From contig CM119264.1 of assembly GCA_051294375.1 (NCBI GenBank), positions 16,155,245 through 16,219,244 on the forward strand: DNA of 64,000 nt, read 5' to 3'. The position numbers and the translations under genes were made by a program. Origin of the DNA: Paraspadella gotoi. Its lineage: Eukaryota > Animalia > Chaetognatha. How positions within the stretch are numbered: position 1 is the first letter of the stretch; each line of letters starts with the position of its first letter. Under the pieces are notes generated by a model that saw only the letters and a program-made list of their open reading frames with translations, was not told where the DNA came from and made no database searches. Positions 36,101 to 51,200 of the stretch are shown here, one piece after another.

Positions 36101-39100
36101 CATAGGGCACATACAAGATACAATTTTAGAATTACTTATGCTGAAACCTCCTTACAGGGTGAGTGTCAAACTAAGTCAAAATTATAATGAATTTTAAAAC
36201 TAATGACACCCCATAAGAATAAATGAAAATTTAATTCTTTTTAATGATTCTGAAAGAAAAAAGGCTAAATTGTAATCTAGTAAAACTTTAAAGTTTTTTG
36301 GATAAAGAAAATGTGAATTTTTTGTCACTTAAATATTTGCTTGTCTGATTTTACAAGCATGCTTACAAAATTCTACAAAATATTATTCACCCCATCACAG
36401 CCTAAGTATTTATCTTTCTATTCCACCAGCAAAAAGTAAACATTATCTTATTGAAGAGAACAGGGATGTTTACTGAAATGAGTTGGAAGACTTTCAACTT
36501 CTTCACTTTACTGTCATTTTTCAATAATAAAATAGGCGAATTTTTTAATTATTTAACTCTCACAAGCTTCACAAGACATTATACTTTCATAATATCCCAA
36601 TGTTAATGTAATTTATTATATTTTTTACCCAGAAATCATATAATAACAGAAAGTTGTGGATTCCCTTCACTCGTTTAAGAAAAAAAAATTAACTAGCGGA
36701 ATTATAAGTTTGTAAGAGGAAGTCAGAATCGGCGAAAATCCTAAAAGGCGAGAATGTTGAAAAAAAGGGGTGGAATTTTGATGGGTTTACTAAGATTTCT
36801 CCACAATGTGAGGTCCGATTAAAGCGAAACTTGAGATTTACATTATTCCCGTCATTCCACATCTATCGTATAAAAATATAAGAAAAAAGTCACTGGCTTC
36901 TTTTTCTATAGAGGCTTCCTAATAAAAATAAAAATAAAAGTTGAGCAAATTTGTTTGTTTTGATAAAACGTAATCAAAACGTATTTAATAAACGTCCTCA
37001 CCCAATTTCAAGGACCTCGATGATGAAAAGCTGTATATAAATTTTCAGCTTCATACACCCAAATATAATCTTCAAAAAAGCGATCTATAAATTGGAACGC
37101 CGACGACGACGCCACTTATGTTCAAAAGCGTCGCAATCGCTTTGCGCTTTAACAATAAAATTAACTAATTTTTCCAAAGGACGACAATTTTTTTCCATCT
37201 TGGTATTTAAGTTCAAATACCTGAATAAGTCTAAAGAGGATGATAAGTTTTCCCCCGTTTTCGACCATGCCGAGCTGATATTCCTTGACGATGTCACCAG
37301 CCCAATCATATCGAATGGTGGCGGTCTCTTCGGCAGCGTTAGACTCTTTGTCTTTCGGCGAGGCGACTCCACCCTCGCCGTCCGTCCTGGCTGCTGAAGA
37401 CAGAGCAATTATTGCACAATGAGCAGTAAGGCAATACCGTATTCTTAAACTTACCCAGCGCCTTGGCAGCTGCCGCTGCTGCCGCCTTCTTTCCTCCCTT
37501 TGGCTTAGCTTTTGACTTAGGTCGGCCTCTGGCGTTGGCGGTTGATCCAGGCGTACCGTTTTCACCTTCATCGGCTTCGGTGAGTAGCTCATCGAAGTCG
37601 TCAATGTTGGTGTCGACGTCGCCCTGCTGTTGCTTCGTGTACACGTTGAAAAGAATATCGGGATGATTCCAAATTTTGCAGCAAACCGCGTATGCCTGTA
37701 AGAACGATGAAGTAAAATGATCGCCAAATATATCTAAAAGAATAGGAATCCAAAGGAGTTGAGGGGCCCAAGTGACCAGGGGTAAAAAGCATAACGTTAG
37801 ATTCTTTAATTAAGCTGGTTCTAACCATATGATTCTTTCTTCTTTGGTCATTTGGGAAAATAGTTAAAAAATTCAATATTATTAACTCGCCTAATTTTTT
37901 TTTTTAAATTTAAAAGTATAGTAATCTCGCCAGATATTACTATCAAACAAAATTACTTAAAAAATCTGAAAAAAAATTAATGAGATAATAAATTATTTAT
38001 ATAATAATAATTGATTATTGATGTAATCGTAATTAATTATTGATATAATAATGATTATTAATATAATAATTGATTATTGATATAATAATAATTGATTATT
38101 TTTGTAATAATAATTGATTACGGATATAATAGTAATTGATTATTGATGTAATAATAATTGATTATTGATGCGATGATAACCAATTATTGATATGATAAGG
38201 AATTATTGATGCGAAAATAATCATTTATTGATATGATGATAGTTATTCATTAATACGATGATAGTTATTCATTAATACGATGATAGTTATTCATTAATAC
38301 GATGATAGTTATTAATATAATGATAATCAGTCATTAATGCGATAATAATCATTCATTAATGTGATAATAGTCATTCATTGATGCAATGATAGTCATTTAT
38401 TGATGCGATGATAAACATTTATTAACGCGATGATAATCATTTATTGATGCGATGACAGTCATTCAGCAACGGGAAAAAAAAATATAATTCGTAATTTGTC
38501 ATAGTTTTTATATAAAAATTGATTTATAAATAAAACAAACAAATGCGTGTAGCAATATGAAACAACCATTTAAAAGGCCTCAATGACAAAAAGCCATATA
38601 TATCATAGGAAGTTAAAAATTTAGATAACTTCCTTTCCTATTATATAAAAAAATATATAATTGATTTATAAATAAACAAACTAATCCAAGTATTGATATA
38701 AAACTTGTCAATTTAAAAGACTTTGAAAAATAAAATCTAAATTTTAACTTCCTATGGTTATACACTTTTATAATTTGCAATTATAAAAAAAGTGTGATAA
38801 CAACGACGGCAAAAAAAAAGAAGCAGAAACGAACTAACATCTCGCCCAAGTCGGGCCTTAACCCATCTGGCGAGATAAAAATGGGTCAGAAAAAATATTT
38901 TTTTTTAAAAAAAAGTAAGATTAAATATTAAAAAGTTTTAAAATTTTTTAAAAAATAAGATTTAAAATTTAAGCTATCGACAGATTATACTGATTATAGT
39001 TCCTTTTCAAGTGATTTTATTAATTAAATAAAAATAAATCTGTGTAATAAAATAAAAAAAAAGGTTAAGGATTTTTGTTAAATCTTAAACTGTAATAATT

Positions 39101-42100
39101 AAAAGTTAATAAAGTTTATTAATATTTTTAAAGGGGAAATATAAAAATTAATTATTTTTTTAATTTTGTTTCTACTAGAATAAATTTTAGATTTAATTTT
39201 TATGCTTTTAAATATATATAAAAAACAGAAATTATCACTCTTTATTGAATGAGGCCTAAACTTAAAATTTTAGCTTTGCATAACAAAAAATCTAAATTTA
39301 TAATTTAATAAAAAATATATTTTCCTAAAAAAATAGAGAAAGCAAAATATTTTGAAATTGTAACAACGATTTTTAATTAAGAGTTAGACATGTTTTGGCT
39401 TGTTTACTTCAAGCCTTCATCAGCATTGGACATTCAGTAATAAATTTTGTATAAAAAAAGAGTGTGTGTGAGAGAGAGAGAAAGAGGGTAAAAGTTTTCC
39501 AACAAAGTGGTGAGACAGAATAGTGGTCAGATGTGAGGACAGGTTAACGGTGAGGGCAAATTGAGCAAGTTGTGAAAAGAAGTGAAACTTGTTAAAGAGA
39601 GAGAGAGAAACAAAAACAACAGGGATAAATAAATAATAAAGATACATTTTTGCAATATACAAAACAGATAAAAGACTTTGAAAAAAGAAACTAATATTAG
39701 TGAAAAAATTAATGCCTAAAAAATAAAAAAATTGGGGTTATGAATATTTAAAAAAGATTAATAAAATTTTTTTTCATAATTAATACATTTTTATTTCCAT
39801 TACAAATTTACAATACTTTCCCCTGCAAAAAAAAATCTTAAAAGTATAATTATCTCGCCAAACGTTACTATAAAAAAAATTAATAAAAAATATGAAAAAA
39901 AAGAATGGTTGATAGTAATTGATTATTGATGTAATAGTAATTGATTATTGATGCGATGATAACCAATTATTGATGCTGCAGAAGACGATGCCGCGAGCAG
40001 CTTACCGTCCGTTGCACACAAGGTCCCGAACTTCGGATCGGGCTGTAGTCCGTCACTACAGGTGGGTTAGACGCCCCGTCCCGCTTTTACTTGTGTGAAT
40101 CAGCAGGGCGCGAACCCGAGTCCTTTGGGTTGGGAGAAGCTCTTGCTACCTCGGGCGCCATAGGTGCTGCTAATTCTCGGACGAGTAGCAGGGTATGAAA
40201 TACTACCGCTACAATGCGATGATAAGCAAATGATTGATGCGATGATAACCAAATGAAGGATGCGATGATAACCAAATGAAGGATGCGATGATAACCAAAT
40301 GATTGATGCGATGATAACCAAATGATTGATGCGATGATAACCAAATGATTGATGCGATGATAACAAAATGATTGATGCAATGGATTAATACCAAAATGAA
40401 AAGGATGCGATGATAACCAAATGAAGGATGCGATGATAACCAAATGAAGGATGCGATAATAGTCATTCATTGCTGCAATGATAATCATTCATTGACAAAA
40501 AAGAGAAAAAGAAAGAAAAAAAAATGATAGAGAGAAGCTGGACAGCCCCTGGACAGCCTCTGCAGAGCTTAACTCGTTTTTAAACGAATCAGAAGAAGCA
40601 GCTACGAAAAAAAAGAGGGACATATAATTAAAAGAGAGAGCTGGACAGCCGCTGCAAAGCTGAACTCGTCTATAACTCTCAATCACACACTTTCCGACCC
40701 ACAAACAAAATTTCATTCCAATCCAACCATCCAATCACGAGTAATTGGAGTTTTTTGCTAAGGGAGGTTGGACAGAGACAGACGGACGGACAGCGTTTTT
40801 TTGCTTAATTTAATATAATATAATGTTCTGATGTGATAAAAATGATTTACCGATAAGATTTAGGGGTGGGACCGACAAAGTGAATTATAGAGTCCGATTA
40901 AAAAGAGAAAAAAAGAGAAAAAGAAAGAAAAAAATTATAGAGAGAAGCTGGACAGCCACTGCAGAGCTGAACTCGTCTATATATAACAAAGAACGGTTAT
41001 TCTAAGGTATTGCGCCGCATTACTTTTCTTTTTACTTTTCATGTCATTTATTCCTTATAGTTTATACAATTTTTTTAAAAACAAAAGGCGGCGCCAGTAG
41101 TCGCTTAGATTTGATTTTTAACAAATGAGCAATAAACTATAGGCAAATTATAAGCATTTTTAATGTAAGTAGGACAGACCGATGACAGATACACCGACCG
41201 ACTGACCAAAAAGTGACTTAGAGTTGCTCCGCGAGTAGTCGCAGAGCAAATAAAAATTGTTTTATAAATAAAACAAATGAGTGGAGGAATACAAAACATA
41301 GCAATTTAAAAGACAATGATGAGATCCCATATCTAAATTTTTAGCTTCCTATGGTTACACAGTTGAGCTATTTTCAATGTTAAAACAGCGTGATGACAAC
41401 GACGGCACAAAGAAGCAATATTAAAGGGTTATAACTTATATACGCCCAAGACGGGCTTAAGCCCATCTGGCAAGATAAAAATAACTATTACTGTTCAAAT
41501 TCCTTTGATGATATTGTGGTGGTATATTCACACACCTCACGTCCACGATCGTTCAGCCAATACCATTGGCTCGGAGGAGGAACACACCATCCCAGGCATA
41601 GTGTTCCATCCACAATCCTAACCACTTCCCTCTGCGTTGGAAAAGCAAGACCATCCTAGGGTAACCGCGCCAGTGACTGGATGCGTCACTGAAGGTCGGA
41701 AGCCCCCAAAGCCAACAGCGAGATGCCCTAACCCAATGGGCATCACAGGCAACCCGGCTGTTGCCATAAGTGGTGAGCCCTATTATCGAACACGCAACCT
41801 TCTCAGGGTACGCTACAACCTATGCCCTGCCGACTTCGGGTACGCTACGACAAACGCCTATGCCCCTGGGGTATGCTATGACAAATGCCTGTACCCCCAC
41901 AACTCACGCTCTCACTCTCCCACTAAGGTAACCGTCTTGTCAGACACCTCTCAGGCTTCAGGAACCTGATGTCTTGGCCCGGGGATCCTGTGGTCGTATA
42001 TTCACACCACTTCCTGTCCACGATCGTTCAGCCAATACCATTGGCTAGGCGGGGGAACACACCCTCCCAGGCATAGTGTTCCATCCACAGTCCTAACGAC

Positions 42101-45100
42101 TTCCCTCTGCGTTGGCAAAGCGAGACTGTCCTAGGGTAACAGCGCCAGTGACTGGATGCATCACTGAGGGTCGGAAGCCCCCAAAGCCAACAGTGAGATG
42201 CCCCAACCCAATGGGCATCACAGGCAACCCGACTGTTGCCATAATATACCCTTAAGATTATGATATCATTTTTATCACTGGGTCCCCTAAAGAAAATTGA
42301 GTGTGCTCTCAACCGGTTAAACCAGCGTTGTTATTTCAACGAAGCTAAAAATAGTTCGCTATCTTCAGTTACAGCCACCGAATAAACTGGTTTCGGAGAA
42401 ATTCAACCTTTGCTCCATTTTTTCAAAAAAATACCTTAAGAGGGTTGGTCATTGGAAACGGCGTGGATGGATCCTCCACCTCCGTCATGAATCGTTGATA
42501 GAGTTCTCTTTGAAATTTCGACATTCGAATAAGTAGCACATTCTCCTCTTTGGGTGGTAGAGTCGCTTGTAGCACGTCGTGAGATCGACGTTGGACAAAA
42601 CCCTGTACAATGAAAAAAAAAAAAAAAAAAAAACCACTGTTATGCTTTTTTTTCCTCATCTTAATGATTCTCCTGCTTCTCTTGTCATTGTCAAAATATC
42701 AGGCCTGTTAAAATTTTTCACTACAATAAAAAATTGAGAATTCATTACCTCGTGAGTCATGAGGCAGGATATAAGATACTAGGTTGTTGTAAAACATATT
42801 GCAAAAAATATTTTCAATAAATATTTTGTTTGAGGGCAAAACAAAGTGGAATTATTATAAAATATATATGTTGGTATTTCGAGCTTTTTCATTTCGTTAC
42901 ATTTGAAATAAGAATTGAGCGAAATTGTTTATTTTGTTAACAGACAATGAAATTGTATTTTACCTGTAGCTGTTTGTGCAGAACGAACGCCCTATATTGC
43001 ATAAGTTTAACGTCTTGTGGGGTAGAGTCGACACATTGGCCATTGAGTATCGGCCGTTCGAACATGTTGCAAAACTCAGCTTTTGTACCCAGGAAAGAGG
43101 GGCGCACAAAGTCCACCATGCACCTGGGTCGGAAAAGAAAAAACCTTTAAACAGCGAAAAAAAATAAATAATATGAGATAATAATAATATAATAATAATA
43201 TAACATTTAATATCATAAGGTAAATTAACAATTTCAATTAATATCTGTATAGAAACAGGAGTAACATTTGAATTAAAATTCAAGTAACAATTCGTTTGGG
43301 AATTTTTCTTATATTTTATAAATTTTAAATTTAATAAATATAACAATATTTTTGTAACCTACCAGAGAGCCAAAAAAACAAAAAAACAACCCGTAATTTC
43401 ATTTTTAAAAATTTTTTGGCTTAACCAGATTCGAAGAAAAAAATCGAAACGAAAAAAGCGAAAGGATCACAAAAGCGCCAAACTGATAACTGACGAGAGC
43501 CGATCCTGATCGTTGTTGAATTTTCTGAACTTCAAATAAACACGCGAGCATCGCAGCTGAGAGTTAAAGATTCAAGTTTTCTCCGTCGAGCAAACCAAAT
43601 TTAGGAAGAAACCAAGCGTCCGCGGTTGTAGATGTGATTATCAAATTGAGAATAGATGCAAAGGAAAATTACGTCGGCCAGAAATGAACAAATTTTAAAA
43701 AAAATTATAATATTACAGGGAGGTCCAGTTGTTGGGACTAAATAAAAAACATCTTATGGATGGGTAAATAATCGAATTATGATTTGAAAATTTGTAATCA
43801 AGTAAAGCGTTGTAATGACAACACATTCTATTAAAAAAAATTATCTTAGGTAACCATGACCTTCTCCAAGTGTACAGAGAAGGCTGCATATGATTTTGCG
43901 ACCGCGCCAATTGGGAATGCCGTCAGTTCTATCATTATTTTTTTTGTCAGAAAGTTGACAGTTCTAGAAAGGATGCGTGGGACATTCAGCTTTTCCATCC
44001 TACATTTTTATTAAACAAGGGGATTGAAGGCAGAAAAAGTGTACGGTCGAAAGTCAGATTTTTGACAAAATTTCTCAAAATTTTGTAAGCAACCGGAGCA
44101 AAAAAATATTATATGCTATGCAAAATCCAATAATTACAGGAGTTTCCTCGACATTTTTTACACAATTTTGATATCGATTAAAAGAAAAATTAGCCTAACT
44201 TCCAACAGCATGTCAAACCCTACCGAGATACAAGAGGCCACACTATCTGTCAGCAGTTGCTGAACATTCTGCAATTATAGGCCGTCTGTTCAGAGAGGAA
44301 GACTGTCTTGTGCTGTCAAGAGGTTCTCAAGAGGTATTAATGAGGCGATTTACATCAAGCCCTCGAGCCCTCTTTGAACCATGATGGAGAACGATACGAA
44401 CACCCTCCAAGCTATGATTCGCTTATCAAAAGCGTGGTGACATCCCCAAGACCACCACGTCGGCACAATGATTCCGTCTCTACTCAATAAAAAACAGGCG
44501 GAGACCCTCAGTCAACCAATGGGCAACCGACGCCTCTACCCCTCCTGCAGCAAGTCATTCTGATCATCCCCCAAAACACCGGTCGCAGGTTGATGCAGAG
44601 GAGTCAACCCTTCCCAATGCAAAGAAAACAAAGGTTGACAACCGCCCGCCGCACCGTCAGGTGAGAAGAGGGCCGACGGCAGGTGTATCAGGCCAACAGG
44701 ACATCTGAGTAACATTGGGCATATTTCCTTAAGGGAGTATACCTGATCCTGCGCACATAAACAACCACACTGTCCTCGCAGCCTATGATACACAAGACCC
44801 GCCCACATCGGCACTGCCTCTCCTTCACACGACCGAGGGGGGCCATTTCATTTAATTACTATTTAATTATTTATTATCACACATTATTAATTTATGGCTC
44901 CAAAATTCATTTTATTTTCAAGTTTTGACAAATTTTATTTTTATTTTTGTATAGGGGTGAATCCTATATCGAGACAAAACTTAAAGTCCTGCCCTGTCTG
45001 AACGATTTGAGATACAATAATAAAATGAATAGCAAAAGTTTTCTTGAGCTTTTTACTTTTATATACAAATTGTAGGGGTACATAATATATTTCATTGGCA

Positions 45101-45168
45101 GTAAACAAGGAGATGTGTACATGTAGTGATCGAATATTGAGACCGAGTAGAGAAACGGGGCACCGGCT

Positions 45169-45224
<56 letters not shown>

Positions 45225-48200
45225 CAGTAGCCGGCTTCCCTTGCCACCACCAAACATAGTGGCCAGCAGGGGTCAACCCCATGGCGACGAAACCGTCGTC
45301 GCCACAAAATATACGTAGAACCAAATTCCTAAACTCGATCCCAAACCTTTTTTCATAATGTTTTTACATTTTTGGATGGAGAATGACTGGAATAATGTAA
45401 ATCTTAAGTTACGTCTAAATTGGCCAATTGGTTTAGAAGATATCGACCAAAAACAACCAAAATATTAAAGTTATTTATGAGTTTAAATTTTATATTGATC
45501 AGTTAAGATATGCCTTGGCAATTAATGTATAAGTTGGCTTGTAAAATCGGGTTTAATTTTTCAACTCACTTTTTTAGATTCAATTTTTTTCTCTTACTTT
45601 CAATAAGTTTTCTGAAGAAATTTGAAATAAAATAATATTATTATCTTCTGAAAGCCCTTTCAAATCTAAAGAGAATGACATACTTATAAATACTGTAGTA
45701 TAAAATTTAACCGGCCCAGCTTTAATTTAATTAGGATACTCCAAAAATGATACTTATATAAATAATAATATTTTATGTTAGAATAATTTTGACTCTCTTA
45801 ATTGAAACAAGGCTGGGCAGCTTAATTTTTATGTTAAGGCTTTTGTAAGTATATCATTCTCTTCATTTTTTTAAGGGCTTTCTGAGGATATTAATATTGT
45901 TAATATCTTAATAAATACTTTGTTTAAAAAAGAGCTAAAAGTTGAAAAAAAAAATTGAATTTAAAAACTGAGTTGGAAAATGAAACCTGATTTTACAAGC
46001 CAACTTTCTCCACTCATTGCCAAGGCATATCTTAACTGATCAATATAAAATTTGAACACATAAATGACTTTAATATGTTCTACTCAACTAATTTTTAAAA
46101 TCAATGAAATAACCACTAGTTTGCAAATGACAGCGTATTTCTACCGGCGCTTGTAAAATTGTCACCATGTATCTTATGAATTCTAAAGATATTTTTATAA
46201 AATGAATTAGAAAAACTGACCAGTATTCGATGAGATTGTTCTGAAGAGGGTATCCAGTGAGAACGACCCTCCGCCGGGTCTTTACCGTCTTCAGGCACTG
46301 GGCTGTCGAGGCGTTACAGTTTTTGATACGATGTCCTTCGTCGCAAATGATCAAATCGGGTCCCGGGGACGTCAATGCCTCCCGCATCTGCATTGCATAC
46401 GTATATCATACTTATATCATGTCAGAACATCGAATTATGATAAATTATGCAAAAAAAACGATGTCCGTCCGTCCGTCCCACCTTAGCAAAAAACACCAAT
46501 TACTCGTGATTGGATGGATGGATTGGAATGAAATTTTGTGTGTGGGTAGGGAAGTGTGTGATTGAGCTGGATATGAAGTTTCGATTGAATCGTTTGAGTG
46601 GAATGAGTTTAAATGGAAAAAACAAAGAACCTGTTTCACTAATTGATTATGCTTCTTTTTCTTTTTATTTTAAATGTAAATGCAAGATGTATTAATTAAT
46701 CAAATAATTAATTAGTTAATTAATCAATTAATTAATCATTAATTAATTAATCAGTTAATTAATCAATCAAAACAAACATTTTGGATCAAATTAATTAATT
46801 AATTGCATAATTAATTAAATAATTAACTTGAATAAATTAATTAATAATTAAATAATTAATTATTTATTAATTTATTAATTAATTAATAACCGATAATGAA
46901 CGTGTGCAGATCCGACATTGTTTGCTCAAACTAATTGATTATATTTCTTTTTTCTTTTATATTAAATGTAAATGAAGGATGTATTAATAAATCAAATAAT
47001 TAATCAGTTAGTCAATTAATTAATCAATAATTAATTAATTAGTCAATAAATCCGTCCCATCTTAGCAAAAAGCTCCAATAACTCGTGATTGGCTGGTTGG
47101 ATTTGAATGAAATTTGTGTGTGGGTAGGACAGTGTGAGATGAAGCTGGAGATAAAGTTTCGATGGAATCGTGCGAGTGGAAATGAGTTTAACTAAAAAAA
47201 ATATGAGTCACATTTACTTGAATCTTTTTGTTTTCACGATTCTGTTAGTCCTGCAATGTTACTTTTTAAACCATAATTACTCGAATTAATCATAATTGAA
47301 TTAATAGATTGAAAAGGAAAGTGTGTGAAGAAGCTAGATATAAAGATTACGGAATTGTGCCTGTGGAAATGAGTTTAAATGGAAAAAAAATAATTCACAT
47401 TTTCTTGAATCTTTTTTATTTATGATTACTAATAAATGTTATTATTAATTAATTAATTATTAATAATAATTAATTTGAAAAATATACAAGTGAAGAAATT
47501 ATACAAGTTGAAGAAATTATACAAGTTGATAATGAAATTTACAATTGAAGAATTATACAAGTTGAAGAAATTATACAAGTTGAAGAAATTATACAAGTTG
47601 AAGAAATTATACAAGTTGAAGAAATTATACAAGTTGAGAAATTATACAAGTTGAAGAATTATACAAGTGAAGAAATTATACAAGTTGAAAAATTATACAA
47701 GTTGAAGAAATTATACAAGTTGAAGAATTATACAAGTTGAAGAATATTACAAGTTGAAGAAATTATACAGAAATTATACAAGTGAAGAATTATACAAGTT
47801 AAAAAATATACAAGTTGAAGAAATTATACAAGTTGAAGAAATTATACAAGTTGAAGAAATTATACAAGTTGAAGAAATTATACAAGTTGAAGAAATTATA
47901 CAAGTTAAGAAATTATACAAGTTGAAGAAATTATACAAGTTGAAGAAATTATACAAGTTGAAGAAATATACAAGTTGAAGAAATTAAAAAGTGAAGAAAT
48001 TATACAAGTTGAAGAAATTATACAAGTTGAAGAAATTATACAAGTGAAGAAAATTAAGTTGAAGAAATTATACAAGTTGAAGAATTATACAAGTGAAGAT
48101 ATAAGTTGAAGAAATTATACAAGTTGAAAAATTATACAAGTTGAAGAAATTATACAAGTTGAAGAAATTATACAAGTGAAGAAATTATACAAGTTGAAGA

Positions 48201-51200
48201 AATTATACAAGTTGAAGAAATTATACAAGTTGAAGAAATTATACAAGTTGAAGAAATTATACAAGTTGAGAAATTATACAAGTTGAAGAAATTATACAAG
48301 TTGAAGAAATTATTACAAGTTGAAGAAATTATACAAGTTGAAGAAATTATACAAGTTGAAAAATTATACAAGTTTGAGAATTATACAAGTTGAAGAAATT
48401 ATACAAGTTGAAGAAATTATACAAGTGAAGAATTATACAAGTGAGAAATTTACAAGTTGAAGAATATACAAGTTGAAGAAATTAACAAGTTGAAGAAATT
48501 ATACAAGTTGAAGAAATTATACAAGTTGAAGTAAATTGAAATTATACAAGTGAAGAAATTATACAAGTTGAAGAAATTATACAAGTTGAAGAATTATACA
48601 AGTTGAAGAAATTATACAAGTTGAAGAAATATTATACAAGTTAAGAAATTATACAAGTTGAAGAAATTATACAAGTGAAGAAATTATTACAAGTTGAAGA
48701 AATTATACAAGTTGAAGAGATTATACAGTTGAAGAAATTATACAAGTTGAAGAAATTATACAAGTTGAAGAAATTTTGCAAGTTGAAGAAATTATGCAAG
48801 TTAAAAAAAATGATGCGAATTGTAAAAATGATGTAAATTGAAAAAATGATGAGTTGAAAAATTATGTGCGTGGAAAAAATTATGCGAGTTCAAAAAATGA
48901 TGCTAGTTCAAAAAATGATGCGAGTTAAAAATTTTTTTAAAAAATTAGCAGATTACCGCTTAATTATTGTAGGCAGATCCGACATTGTTTGCTCAAACTT
49001 GTTAATTTTTAAATGACCTTTTTTACGGGGTTTCAAAAAAATAATTACTGAAAATATTCCCTTTTTATAAAGTTGAAGCTCTAAAATACTAATTAAATAA
49101 CTCGAGATAATTAGTACGTTGAAAAAGTTGCGCCTCTTAAAAATATTTCTTGCCTGTTCTGAGTCAGGGATAATCTCTTCTCCCATAATCTGTTATGAAA
49201 TTTTTACAAACTACTAATGCGCTGATGAAGACTCGTATGAGAGTCGAAACAGGTCTGTTCTTTAAAAATAAAATCGTTGCCTCAAAAACCAATTTTCGTT
49301 AAATATCATACACAACGAAACGAAAGGATACTAACGAACAATGTCTACTTTTAAATTCATATTTAACATTGAAAAAATCGTCATGGAATGGGTTTGCAAA
49401 TGACAGCATTTTTTTACCGGCGCTTGTAAAATTGTCACCATGTAGCTGGGTTATACCAAATATATTAGTTATACTAATTTATTGATATTATTTTAGTCGT
49501 GTTCACAGATAGGGAAGTTTATGATTTTTTTAATTTTTTATCATAACGTGGAAGACGATGCCGCGAGCAGTTCACCGTCCGTATAAAAAAAACGTATAAA
49601 AAAAAAAAAGATTCAAAAAGTAGTTCCATAATGATTTTAATTCAAAAACTTAACCCACCTGCTTAAGAATCTCTTCAGTTTCGTCTTCTTCGTCGATGTT
49701 GACGCAAACGGGTTGCAGTCCAGGACCGCCTTTCTTTCGAGCCTGCTTTTTACGTTCCTTATTCTCATCTTTGTAAACAGACGATTTAACCTGGTTTTAA
49801 CAATTCTTAACATTAAAAGACATTGAAAGAGCAAGGAAGTCATGCGCATTGCGCAAGTACAGTTGGTGCAGAAATTACCTTATGTGAGACAAGCAGCCGG
49901 TACATCTCGTAGCCCATAAGCAGCACGCCGCCCTTTTCAAACCATTCTACGACCAGTTTAGAGCGGGCAACTGTAGTCTTGTACAACTCGTTTAAAGTGT
50001 ACACACGATAAGTACGTTTTCGTATTTCCTTCTCCTGCTCCTCCGCCTCTCGTAATTCCTTCTCTTTTCTCTCCGCCTCTCTCCGTTCCTCCTCCAATCT
50101 TTCAGCTTCTCTTCGCTCCATCTCCACTCTATCCGCTTCTCTCCTTTCCACCTCAATTCTCTCAGCCTCTCTCCGCTCCGCATCCCTTCGCTCCTCCATC
50201 ATTCTTTCCTCCCACATCCTTTGCTCCATCATAGGATCACCTCCCATCGCGTGATGAGTCCCCATCATAGGCGGCATCATGTGGTGCGGCATGTAAGGTG
50301 GCGGGGGAGGCATCATATGTTGGCCCATCATGTGGTGAGGCGGTGGCGGCATCATTTGCTGCCCCATCAAAGGGTGCGGAGGAGGAGGCGGCGGTGGCGG
50401 CATCATGGGGTGGTGATATTGGCCCATCATCTGAGGATGATGAGGTGGCATGATTTGAGAGTCCATCATGTAATTTTGATTAGACGGCGGGGGTAGAGGC
50501 GGTGGCTGATGCTGCGGCGGTGATTGATCCTTGGTCTCCTGTTTCAACTTTAACTCCTTCTCCTCCTTCTCCCTGTCTTTCTTCTTTTTTTTTTTCCCAT
50601 TGGGAGTGGATGGAGATGGTTCTTTTAATTCAGCTTTCTTTTTATCCAATACCTCTTGATTTGGAACCCACTGGTCAAACTCGTGGGCCCAGTTTTGCAG
50701 TGTGTTTACGGGGACAATCACGAGAACTTTGTTAGCCTTTGTCTCTCGCAGGAAAGCGTCGATGAAGGCGATCATCTGTAGCGTCTTTCCAAGACCCATA
50801 CTATGGGCCAGAATACACCCGAATCCTTGGCTTTTCTCGAACTTGGAAAGAAAGTATTGAATTGTTATAGCTATTTTAGCTATTAACATGTACTGTAATT
50901 AAGTCGACGAACCTGTTCCAAAGATTCGACGAGATTGTCGTACAAAAAGCGAATGCCGCCAACTTGATGGGGCTTCACTGCTTTGGTGATTTGCGGAGGC
51001 AAAAAAATGTCTGGATCTTCTGGAGGATGACCGAGATTGATCTGTAGTTAAGTTGTGAAAAAAAAAATTATATAAAACTTTGAAAAAATTTTAGGGAAAA
51101 CTGTAACGGGAACGTGGTACGGGGTCAGCTTGGGATCCAGCTTTGCAAGTAGTTACAAGGTCACACACCGAAACCCGCCACTAGAAAAAAATCGTCATTT

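Noticed and set aside
41515-41580. HDV/CPEB3-like ribozyme (P1 GTGGTGG/CCACCAT, loop CTCACGT)
   Set aside because: P3, P1.1 and J4/2 could not be built consistently across the three copies.
47754-48371. Repetitive ORFs (IIQVEE / CIISST)
   Set aside because: Translations of the 18-bp satellite.
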